Below are positions 47,778 through 57,600 of a stretch of DNA of 64,000 nt, one piece after another. Position 1 is the stretch's first letter. Each line of letters begins with the position of its first letter. The notes below the pieces were generated by a model that was not told where the DNA came from, searched no databases, and saw only the letters and a list, made by a program, of their open reading frames with translations. The stretch is from an uncultured delta proteobacterium (GTDB taxonomy: Bacteria > Desulfobacterota > Syntrophia > Syntrophales > UBA5619), in the NCBI GenBank assembly GCA_963817385.1, contig CAWFOM010000007.1, positions 49,840-113,839 of the forward strand. Direction: 5' to 3'. The position numbers and the translations under genes were made by a program.

Positions 47778-47817
47778 GAACGAAAAGAGGGAGCCGACAG
47801 GCTCCCTCTTTTCGTTC
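47778..47817. terminator. Bidirectional intrinsic terminator
   Basis: GAACGAAAAGAGGGAGCC-GACA-GGCTCCCTCTTTTCGTTC between convergent genes. Confidence 0.85.
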
Positions 47818-47881
47818 ATCGAATAATGCTTTACTTTCGAATTTCCATTTTCCATCGAGGACCGTATGCCTCATTGGGTGT

Positions 47882-49807
47882 TCATTTTCCTGAAAGACAG
47901 CCAGCCAGTTCGTCAAAGTTAGTCTCTTTGGCCGCTATGTACTTCTCCCGAAAGAGCCGGTCGCTCTTGTAGAATTTCTTTGCGCCGCTTCGTTTGAAGT
48001 ATTGTTTCAGTTCATCGGGGCCGCCATTGTACATCGCATAGGTGACTTGGGCTATGGTATCAAGGTCAGAAGGCTTCGCTGGTTTTATCTCTTTGAGGGC
48101 AAAGTTACGTAAATAGAGGTTCAGAATTTCACATCCTGCCTTCACATTGTACGAGATGTTCCAGCGCAGGCTTTCAACCCGATAGATGCCTCGCCACACC
48201 CGCTCATTGATCTGCATAAGACCCACAGAACTTCCGTCGTAGGAGACCAGATAGCGGATCTTGCCGGCCCTGACGAGGAACTGCCGCCAGCAGCTCTCTT
48301 GCCAAGCGGTGGCTAAGACCAGAATATGAAAGAAAGAGTTATAGTCTCCAGCAAGTGGATTGGCGATGAGTATTTTATCCGTTGCCTCTTCCAGAAGGTT
48401 TCGTACTTTGCCGATGTAGAGATTCGGATCTCTCGCAGAGGGGATCCATTGCTTAATCTGGGCGAGTATGGCCGGGCTCCCTTCTTTTGCCCAAGCCATC
48501 GGAAAAAGGAAACGACCAAGCCAAGATTGGCGATCGTCGGGTTTGGCATTCTTTTCCATCTCCTCGGGAAGATCCATCTCCTGTACATCCGAAGCCGGAC
48601 CGGAATCGTCGAGGGGCGGACCGAGGCCAAGGAATTCCCGAAGTCCGGGGTCCAGCGCGTAGGAGTAACTCAAGGTTGGATCTGAGGTGCTCGTGCTCAA
48701 CAGTCGCGCCAACCGGAGCAATCCATTCCGGCTGATTTCCAGCCCCAGGGTAGGGCCGAGCTTATCTAAGGCCGCCAAGGCATCTGCGGCGGTGAAGAAG
48801 GCCAAGTAGCTCAAAGGGGGTCGGGACTGCTGGTTGACGTGGTATTTGCGCAGGATCTGGGCAAGCCGCTGCCAGGTCCAGATGAACTGCTGCCGTACCA
48901 GATTCGAGCTGATCGTCTTGTCGTCGAGGGCCTGGAGAAACTCGTGACGGTTCCCCAACAGTATCTCCAGCAGGCTCGCCCGTTCCATGTCGGTGATTGG
49001 CTGTCCGATGAGGGATGCGATTTCAAAGACGAGAAATGCATCCCAATCCTCCCAGGCGCGGGAAATGCGTTCGATATCCGCAGGGGAAAGCTGTGCGGCG
49101 GGAGCACGAGGCGTGGGTTCGGTTTCCACTTCGACCTGGAGGTTTACCTTGACTGCCGATTCCTCAACCTGGATAGGGCCCGGTCTAAGCGTTTCGATCA
49201 AGCGATGAACACGCCGTCGTTCCTCGGGGAGAAAGAAGATCGGCAGAAAATCCTTCATCTCCTTGATAGGGGGTGCAAGTTCAATGGACGTTTTGTTGAG
49301 GTAGGGATGGACATGGGTCTTGATCAGGTTCCAGAGGTTACCGGCGATGGTTACGGGTTTGCGGTTTTTATCAAAGATGCGTGATTCGACGGTTTCGAAA
49401 TGGGCCTGCCAACTCTTCTCGTCCACTACAAGGCGTTGCAACGCTTCGATATACCCTTCCCACTCGATGCTCCCCATGCACGCACCCAATATCGGAACTC
49501 CGGCCTGGATTTTGATGGTGCTTCCCACCTTGATCATCGAGAGCTCCCGGCTCACTTCGGGATTCGACAACTCGATATGGACACAGTCCCCCTGTGTCTT
49601 GTCAATGACGATGGCCCGCTGCCCGGGCGCGGTGTAGAGCTGGTGGACCAATACCGATCGGATAAAGGGGTATTCGAGGGTAACGGGAAGAGAGACGGTT
49701 TCCGTTTCACCGAAGGTGAGATCGGGCACCCAGAAAATACACATCAGCCAGAGTATGCCAAGACATTTGCTCTTCCAGTAACTCTGCACAGGAAGCTCCT
49801 TGCCCAT
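47882..49807 (-). CDS. Exported protein with C-terminal lytic transglycosylase (SLT) domain
   Basis: Signal-like N-terminus; AWQESCW, GLMQIN, YN...G, AMYNGG SLT motifs. Confidence 0.8.
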   Translation of the reverse strand: MGKELPVQSYWKSKCLGILWLMCIFWVPDLTFGETETVSLPVTLEYPFIRSVLVHQLYTAPGQRAIVIDKTQGDCVHIELSNPEVSRELSMIKVGSTIKIQAGVPILGACMGSIEWEGYIEALQRLVVDEKSWQAHFETVESRIFDKNRKPVTIAGNLWNLIKTHVHPYLNKTSIELAPPIKEMKDFLPIFFLPEERRRVHRLIETLRPGPIQVEESAVKVNLQVEVETEPTPRAPAAQLSPADIERISRAWEDWDAFLVFEIASLIGQPITDMERASLLEILLGNRHEFLQALDDKTISSNLVRQQFIWTWQRLAQILRKYHVNQQSRPPLSYLAFFTAADALAALDKLGPTLGLEISRNGLLRLARLLSTSTSDPTLSYSYALDPGLREFLGLGPPLDDSGPASDVQEMDLPEEMEKNAKPDDRQSWLGRFLFPMAWAKEGSPAILAQIKQWIPSARDPNLYIGKVRNLLEEATDKILIANPLAGDYNSFFHILVLATAWQESCWRQFLVRAGKIRYLVSYDGSSVGLMQINERVWRGIYRVESLRWNISYNVKAGCEILNLYLRNFALKEIKPAKPSDLDTIAQVTYAMYNGGPDELKQYFKRSGAKKFYKSDRLFREKYIAAKETNFDELAGCLSGK

Positions 49808-49906
49808 TTGGACCCGGTCGGACAGCCGTTTTGTTCGTTGCCGGGCCTTGAGATGTCGCGTGTCTTTACTTGCCCTCTCGATGATTTCGACGATGCCCAG
49901 GACTTC

Positions 49907-50614
49907 TCACTTTTTCTGCCGTCTCCAGAACGGACCGGTCTTGCCGATCTCCTTCATGGTTTGGCCCATCTCACGGGCGTACTCGACCATGTGCGAGACA
50001 TAATCCTGATCCAGCCGCCGTTTGAAGTAGGGTCCCGAGAAAAGCCGCATCATTTCGGGGAGCGGCGTAATGCCTTCGTCGCTGCCTTCGGCGAAGGAGG
50101 CCCAATTGCGAACATGCCCTTCCGACCGGAAGAGGTTCATGGTCGCTCAGGCATATCCGATGTCTTCAAACCATTTCCAGAGCGGAACGGCCACATAGGC
50201 CATGTAACCGGAGGCCTCTTCATTTAGGATCCGGCCGTCCCGGAGCACGACTTGAAGAGGTTCACCGCAATCCAGACAGGGGAAATCCACCGTTACCGTT
50301 TTACCCGGGAAGAGCCAGCAGACCGCCAGCGATTCGAATCCTCACTGGCCGAACCATTGCTGCCGGCCGTCGATGGTGATGCGGTAATGGGTGGGGAGAT
50401 TGTTGAAGGGCGCAAAGGAGACGATGTGGTCGGTCCGTGGATACAGCCATCCCGCGATGCCTGAATTGAAAAGGTCGTGAAGGGTCTTTCTTCCCTCTTC
50501 GACGGCGAGACCGAGAGACGATGCCAGTTCCGTATAAAACGGCGCCTGGCCGGTTTTCACCATGCGCTTCATGATCACATGAAACGCCTTATCCAAAATC
50601 GTAGGTTCGTCCAT
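49907..50614 (-). CDS. MerB-like (alkylmercury lyase fold) protein with two predicted selenocysteines (U91, U156), copy 1
   Basis: One frame of 236 codons interrupted only by TGA at 50342-50344 and 50147-50149: PFNNLPTHYRITIDGRQQWFGQ-U-GFESL...PCLDCGEP...GYA-U-ATMNLFRSEGHV. Confidence 0.85.
50108..50146 (-). promoter_or_regulatory. Predicted SECIS for second UGA (copy 1)
   Basis: GCGACCAUG-AA-CCUCUUCC-GGUC-GGAAGGG-CAUGUUCGC directly after UGA. Confidence 0.75.
50314..50330 (-). promoter_or_regulatory. Predicted SECIS for first UGA (copy 1)
   Basis: UGA + 11 nt + GCUGGC-GGUCU-GCUGGC. Confidence 0.7.
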
Positions 50615-50649
50615 GGCATTTTCCCCCTTATGTTTTTGATGTTTGAATC

Positions 50650-50698
50650 CGTGCGAGCAAGGGCTTCAATTCCGGTAAGCGTTCCTGTCTTTAGACAT
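50650..50698 (-). pseudogene. Possible internally deleted HepT/DUF86 toxin remnant
   Basis: ATG overlapping the MNT stop (MSK...) joined out of frame to QERLPELKPLLAR, which resembles a DUF86 C-terminus. Confidence 0.4.
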
Positions 50699-50981
50699 AT
50701 TCTACCTCGGAGAGAATACGTTTACCTATGGCTGGCTTGAGAGCGGTTTCCATGACCAGATCAACCTTGGCCTGGAGCTGGCTTTCGAGATATTTGCGCA
50801 GATCCAAAAAGTCGAAGAGGTAGATATCTCGGTTGAAGGTAACGAGTATATCGATATCGCTCTTCTTTCTCTGCCTCCCCCTAACATAAGAGCCAAACAA
50901 GCCGAGCCGCTGGACTCCATAGCGGGATACCATTTCGGGCTTTTTGTTCCTGATGATTTTAATTATTTCTTGCTTTCCCAT
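50691..50981 (-). CDS. Minimal nucleotidyltransferase (MNT/MntA-type antitoxin)
   Basis: LGLFGSYVRG..KSDIDILV, KVDLV; TTGACA-17-TATCGT promoter upstream. Confidence 0.9.
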   Translation of the reverse strand: MGKQEIIKIIRNKKPEMVSRYGVQRLGLFGSYVRGRQRKKSDIDILVTFNRDIYLFDFLDLRKYLESQLQAKVDLVMETALKPAIGKRILSEVEYV

Positions 50982-51038
50982 AATTGCTTGCCTGCGTTAT
51001 TACGGGTATACGATAGGAGAATCTTTGTTTCATGTCAA

Positions 51039-51436
51039 CGTGATTTAAGGCGAGGAATCCGGGGCTTTTGATCTACAAGGACGAGCTCGACACCTGGGCG
51101 AAGCGTGACGATCTCTCCCTCAATGTTACGGTGGAGAAGGGCGACGCCGGCTGGAAGGGCAGGGAGGGTTTCGTCCCGACAGTGTGCAAGGAAGTCGCCC
51201 CGAGCTCCGAAAACGCGGTGACGGTGATCTGCGGCCCCCCGGTCATGATCCGCTTCACACTCCCCGTTTTCTTCGAGCTCGGCTTTTCGAAGGAGAACAT
51301 CATCACTTCTCTGGAGATGCGGATGAAGTGCGGGATCGGGAAGTGCGGCCGCTGCAAAGTGGGAGAGAAATACGTTTGCAAGGACGGCCCGGTGTTCTCG
51401 CTGGCTGGGCTGGACAAACTGACCAAGGAATACTGA
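51039..51436 (+). pseudogene. Duplicated 3' part of flxA (5'-truncated)
   Basis: Close but non-identical match to ~47348-47747; lacks the N-terminal half. Confidence 0.85.
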
Positions 51437-51638
51437 TTACCTTTGCCTGGAAATGGATTTATTCTCGGGAAAGATCGACAATCAGAAAGAAGAGGGAGCC
51501 TGCCGGCTCCCCGTTTCAACTTTCCAATTGTATTCTTAGACGTTATCGATAAAGAGCCGAAAATTACTACCCAAACTCTGCCCTTACGATCGCGCATGGA
51601 CCGGCAACAACTTTCCTTCGTACGGTTGTTTCCCCATC

Positions 51639-54600
51639 TTACAGTAATTTCGATAAATGCCATTTGCCTTCATATGGTTTGTCACCGTGGCTGTGCCGCT
51701 CGATCCACAAGTGGGATTCTATATTATTTGATGCTGAACGAATTGATTCTATTCCTTGGTCAGTTGCTAGAACTAGCCAGCCCTCCCCAAGAGATTCAAA
51801 TCTTGGCGGCTCTAGCCAAATCCAACCGTCTTTCCAATAAGCGGACTTTACCATGAGATTCCCCGCAGAATCGACCCATTTGAATGGCGCATCATCTGAT
51901 GGGCACCAGCCCAGCAATCGAGCAAATGTGCAATTGATGGCAGCCCATCGATAGACAGGCCCAGCGAGCTGGCGCTCTGAATTCAATACGATCAGTTGCT
52001 CATTTTCTTGCCCTTCTCCACGCATATAACGATCGAAGGTCAGTTCATAGATTGTTTGGAGACAGTCCCGCGTTTGAGAAGCATCACAAGGCCCAATGAT
52101 CAAGCCGCGATGGCGTTCCTCTCGGGGCCACTCCCAATCAGGTCGAATGAGCCAAGTCCTTTCGCCAATGATGTGGAGCCCATCAACTGACTCAGGATAA
52201 TTTCTCCACGAATCTGCGTTCTCACCACTTCGCCATGCCTTTTCATACCCATTTGACCACTCCCAATCCATTGCGCGCAATTCTACTGGCCGCTCGATCG
52301 CTTGGCATAACTCAATCTTTGGATCATAAATTGGATAAAGATAATCGTAGGCATGCTCGGCGCCAGAAGGCGCTTCCCCTGACAGGGCTCTTCTACCAAG
52401 AATCCTCATTGCAGCCTCCCTTCCGACAAAGCCTCTCGGAAGGAGCCACATCTTAGCCAAGACCAGTCTTATCCAACGTTTTAGGCGATCAGAGTCTGAC
52501 CAGCTATAGTCTTTTTCAATTTCTCCATAAATTCGATAAAACTCCGATTTCAGCTCGTCGGCGTCGAGACCTGACCTTTCAAGATGCCCGAAAATTCTAC
52601 GATGTAGCAGCAATGCCGTCGCAACATCTCCATCGATCAGCATGCGCGCTTCCTCGTAATCGGATGGGCTCTTCAGACTTTTAGACAACAGGATTATTGG
52701 GTGTTTTGTCTGGTTACGAACCTCCTCCCAGGTCCAGCCCTGCTCTTCACAGATACGTCTGGCAATGCCTCGAACAGCAATTGACTCGTGCCTATTGAGA
52801 TTAGCGATCCAATCTCGGAGTCTATTCAAATCGACATTGCCACAGCGTAGCCCTGTGTGCAAGCATGCCATAATATATTCAAGTTGTACTGAATCCCAGC
52901 ATGGCCCACTCTTAATGGCGGCCGCTAATCCCTTCCCATTTGTTGCGGCATAACTTGATAAGGCCTTTCGCGCGGCAACGCCCACATCGACAACGGGGAA
53001 AGCAAGGAGATGGACTATAAATCTGCAAAGCGCTTCATCTGCCGAACCTTGTGTTGCGTCCTGAATAAGCGCAGCGTAAGGATGCACCTCCATATTTGCA
53101 TTCAAGACATGTTCTAAATAATCGTCCATCATCCTGTTAACGGATTCGCTTGGCCACTCTATTTCAAGGAAATCTATTATCCCAGAAATGTCATGTAGGA
53201 GGTAAGTGCTATTGAGTTTACCGGCTGCAAGATCTTTTCCGAACTGTGCCCATGCCCGTTGAAGTGATTTGTTTGCATCAATTTTCTTTAGTGCACTAAA
53301 AGCGATCTTCTTCTGTGCACCATCCAGCCAACGATGCCACGAACCATCTCTCGCACGTTCAATGGCCTGCTCAGCAAGAAGTCTGGCCGTATTCCGGTCT
53401 CCCATTTCCAATAGACGTTCAGATTTCCAGGCAAGCAATTCGAATTCTCTATAATCCGAATGAGGAAAAAGCGATAAAAGATCATTTAGATGCGACATGT
53501 CCTTTATCGTGGTCTTCTGGATGGCCGCCCACCAATCAAATTCAGCATTTTGGCCGGGATTTGGATTCCATTGTTGAGGATTGTCGCAATTACTCAAGCG
53601 GGCTGCTACTTGATCTGTCGTTTCTGTTTCACCTTCTGCACGCCTGTAAAGCGATCTTTTGCTGGATGAATCGTCTTGTCCAGGTTTAAGGCCTTGCGTC
53701 AAAATATGCTCTCCAAGACCATCTTTTCTCAATGCATCTTGAATTTCTCTTGCTATTTCGATTCGACGTGAAGGGAGTGTGTTTGTGCGGACGCTGCCCA
53801 TTATCTTTGTAGCTGTAGCAATTCTCTGCTCGGCGGGAAAACTACGCAACGTTGCAACGGCTGCTGCCGAAATGTCTAGCGGGTCAATAAGCGAGAGCAG
53901 TTCATTGTAAAGAACAATCAAGATTTCCGCTGATGCTCCAGCTGTTGCACCACCCGTTATGAGTGCGTCAAGTGTTTGGGAAACATTTAGAACGCAGCGA
54001 TCGATTAGCTCAACAGCTAATCGCGACGCGCGAATGGGCTCCTCATGAATTACCGATCGGAGTAGGCTCATGGCTGCGTCGGAAGCACCATCGCCACCGG
54101 ACACTTCCACTGCACGGGCAAATTTCTCTAATACTTCCAATTTATCAGCCTTAAATGTGTTGCCGATTGAACGACTAAGCCACTCAGCAAGGTGCGCCAT
54201 ATGATAATCCTTGTGGCTGCCTGCCCCTGCAGAAACTTCGCCAGCTCGTTTGAACCACTGGTTAGACAGCATATCTTCTCCAATTGAGTGGAGAAGACTC
54301 GCAATCTCAAAACAAGCCTCCTGTCGTTGCAGCGGATCATCGTCTGTGGCATCAATGGTCGATGAAAGTCCCACCTCGACTGCTTTTTCTTTCGATAGAA
54401 CCTCGTAGTGAAAAAACTGCTTGGCAAAAAAACGCCGGTGGTGTGCGGGAAATTGGCCTGCTGCAGGCCCATTCACTAGATCTAGAAAAATATCCCGCAA
54501 CAATTCGATTCTCCTTGTGCCAATAGAAGCCGCAAGACTAACGATTTGCTCATAAATTTCCCTCTTTGACTGATCCACGGCATATTTGTTTCGCCAGTCG

Positions 54601-57600
54601 AATTCCGAAAATATCACTGATTGATTGTGGAAAAGCAGAAGAGAGCGCAGAGAGGTGTCCAAGTTTTGAATAATTTCTTCCTTTTTGTTGATTGCAGATA
54701 AGATACCTAATTGTCTCGCTGCATTTTCAACACGTGCGACAGCTTCCTCCTCGTCATTCTTCACGCCAGGTACTGATCCTTCTGGTAGCCCAAGTAAGTA
54801 TTGAAGCCGTCTCAGAGTGACCGTATAAGAAATATCTGAAAATCCGAAACTATGGTTATTTCGAAATCCCTCAAATCTAATGTGTGAAAGGTTCGCAACG
54901 ACTTCCTTAGCTTCTTCTCTGTGTCCCTGACCATAAAGAAATCGCGCATAAGCTAAATCTATGTCGCTGTCTCTATTTATTTTGCTATATGCAGCCTTAA
55001 GCTCGTCGAATGAAACGTTCGATAGCTTCCGTCTGGCGAGAGCTAGGAGCACAGCAAAATGCCAAGTTGACCGTCCCAATGCTGCAATTGTATCAATTAA
55101 TGGTTGGCAGTCAGTCCTGCCCGCGCCCATCTCAAACATCGTGAGCAGGGTTCCATACATAAGACTGGACTTTACATCTGCCTCGTCAACTTTCTCTCCA
55201 TATTCAAGATCTTTGAAACGAAGCTTCATGATTTGAGCTACTATGCTCCCACAGTCCTCGAACAATGGAGCTGCATCAGACCATGATTGAAGGAGCGAAT
55301 AATGCTCACGATGGCGCATCGTGTCTATTTGCTCGTTCTGATAAAAGAAAGAAATCGGCTTTGCTTGGAAGTATAGGGCACTTGCTGTGCTTTTCAATTC
55401 GGATCGTTCATGGGCATCAGCGTAAAACCACAAACTGTGGGCAAATCCAAGTACAACGCTATCCTCGACAAGAAGTCGTCCAACAGCCCTAACTTGGGAA
55501 ATAGCCAATTCCGGTTTGTCAAGACCAAGGAGCGTTTCTAAGAGCTTCCCTGCCTCCATCCTAAAAGCTCTCTCAGATAACTCGTGGTCCAAGAGAATCA
55601 GCCGTAAAACATGTCCTATATCTTTCAGACTCCAAGCAGCCTCGAAGCCGGAAAGCACAAGGGGGCGGATAAACGGATAGGGCAAGAAGGCTTCGATTGC
55701 GTTTCTTAGCCAAACTGAGGAAAGGACTGTTAAGACATCGCCATGCTTGCTTGCTCGCAGAAGATGCAGAACTTTTGCTCGTCCAAGGGGGTCTGCGCAG
55801 GGGCGATTACCGCAGCGATCTGCGAGAGTTGAATGGAATTGCTGCTCGTCAGCGATAGGATCTGCCCCCGGAAGCTTGGATCTTGTTTCTGATTTTAGGA
55901 AAGCAATCAAGCTGTTATGAATAAATTGGAGATTCCCTTCCTCAGCGTGTACAAATGGCGCAAGTGTGTGCTCGAAAATATTCTCAAGCTGGACACGCTC
56001 CGGCCATTCTTGTTGCAGCCATAAAACTGGAATCGTCGGGGCTGCCCTGGCTAGAAGGCCCAGAAGCCGTCTAGTCTGCGCATCCCGAAGTGGTGTAGCT
56101 AACCTTGATTGGTAGTATGCGTCTATGTCGCCGACATAATTACCGGCCAGCGTAATGGCCTCATCGACCGTGATCTCTGATGTTCGCCGGAATAGGTTCA
56201 ACAGGTACGTTAGAATTAGAGGATTCCCTTGGCTGGCGCTATATAAAGCATCACGTTCTGTGCCTGTTGTGGCCTTCTCTACTTGTGCAAGGATTTCATG
56301 AACCTCGGTCCGGGTTAAACCTGATACTTCGATTCTACGACCAGACTGTGTGGCTACTACGGTACCGACTTCTGCCGTAATAGTGCCAGGAATTAATGCC
56401 TGTGGTTGGGAACTCAGAATGATAAGAAATCCATTTGGTACTTCGTCGGGTGTGGGTAATTCTTGGAGGAGAGGGCTCCGAAGATTGATTTCCCGAGAAA
56501 CGTGGTCGAGTCCGTCGATAAGCAGAATTGTTTTATTCCCCTGGATGACGTATTCCTTATTTGCTGTTGCCATATGCCCACGGAGCGCTTCCCGTCCTTG
56601 GGCAACATCAGATATTCCCAAACTGTTACGACCCACAAAGAATTTATCGAGTCTTTCTATAACATCCTGAAAGAATGTCAGTGCCTCACCACGTTCACGG
56701 TTTCCGTCGGTATCAGGCAGGAAAGCGTAGTAGGGTATAAAATATGGATACTGACTTTCAGAAAGCAGATCTTGAACGAGGGTGGATTTACCGATACCAG
56801 CTGGCCCGACGACGGCAATATAGCCGCCCTCTGTCTTCTCTATTAGTTGCTTAAGTTTTTCAGCTGACGTTCCGTTTTTTGAATAGGGAATTTTAGGCGG
56901 AGGAAATCTCTGGATCAATCCTGACCGATAGCCCCGGAATCCTATCGCTGCTAACAAAATTTCTCGGTTGATGAAATCACCGTAAGGGTTATCCGTAAGC
57001 CATATCGCGATGGCTTTATGCAGATCCTCAAACTGCTTTTTATAGTGCTGCCAATCCTGCGAGTCTGACCCACCTCCGGGTGGTTCAGGATGTCCGAGGT
57101 TGATAGTGCAGGATTTGACGAACTTTGAGAATTCTTGTCCGGTGAGACCTACATGCTCGGAGATCTTAGACCATACAGCAGCTACCTGAGCAAAATCATG
57201 ATCGGTAGGCCCGGAAGGCCAGAAATCTCTAACAAATTCAGTAAGGCTGAATGTGGAAATGATTTGTGCGTGATGCTTCTCAGGTGAAGGAGGGCGATTT
57301 GACACGAGACGGACTGAAATATCTTTGTCAGGCCATCGATCCTGGAGCCGCTTGTATCCGTCCGCCAATTCTTTAAGCAACCCGTTAGTGCCAATGAATT
57401 CACCCCAATTTAAAGGGGTAGCATCACCACTCCACTTGATCGAATTCCCCTCGATCTTCTTTTCCCATACAAGAACAAAGTCGTCCACCCGTCCCGCATC
57501 AAGGTCAGCAAGACGTACGCCCTCAAAAACAGCACCCCTATCACGTAGGTTTTCTCTCAGAAGGTTGAGTATTCGCTCTGTAGTTATCTTGTCTTGATAG

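Noticed and set aside
49805..49909. The terminal TGA of merB copy 1 is in frame, without stops, with the downstream SLT ORF (possible third Sec or fusion)
   Set aside because: No SECIS-like hairpin seen, copy 2 has a 28-bp indel right after the stop, and the SLT gene has its own signal-like N-terminus.
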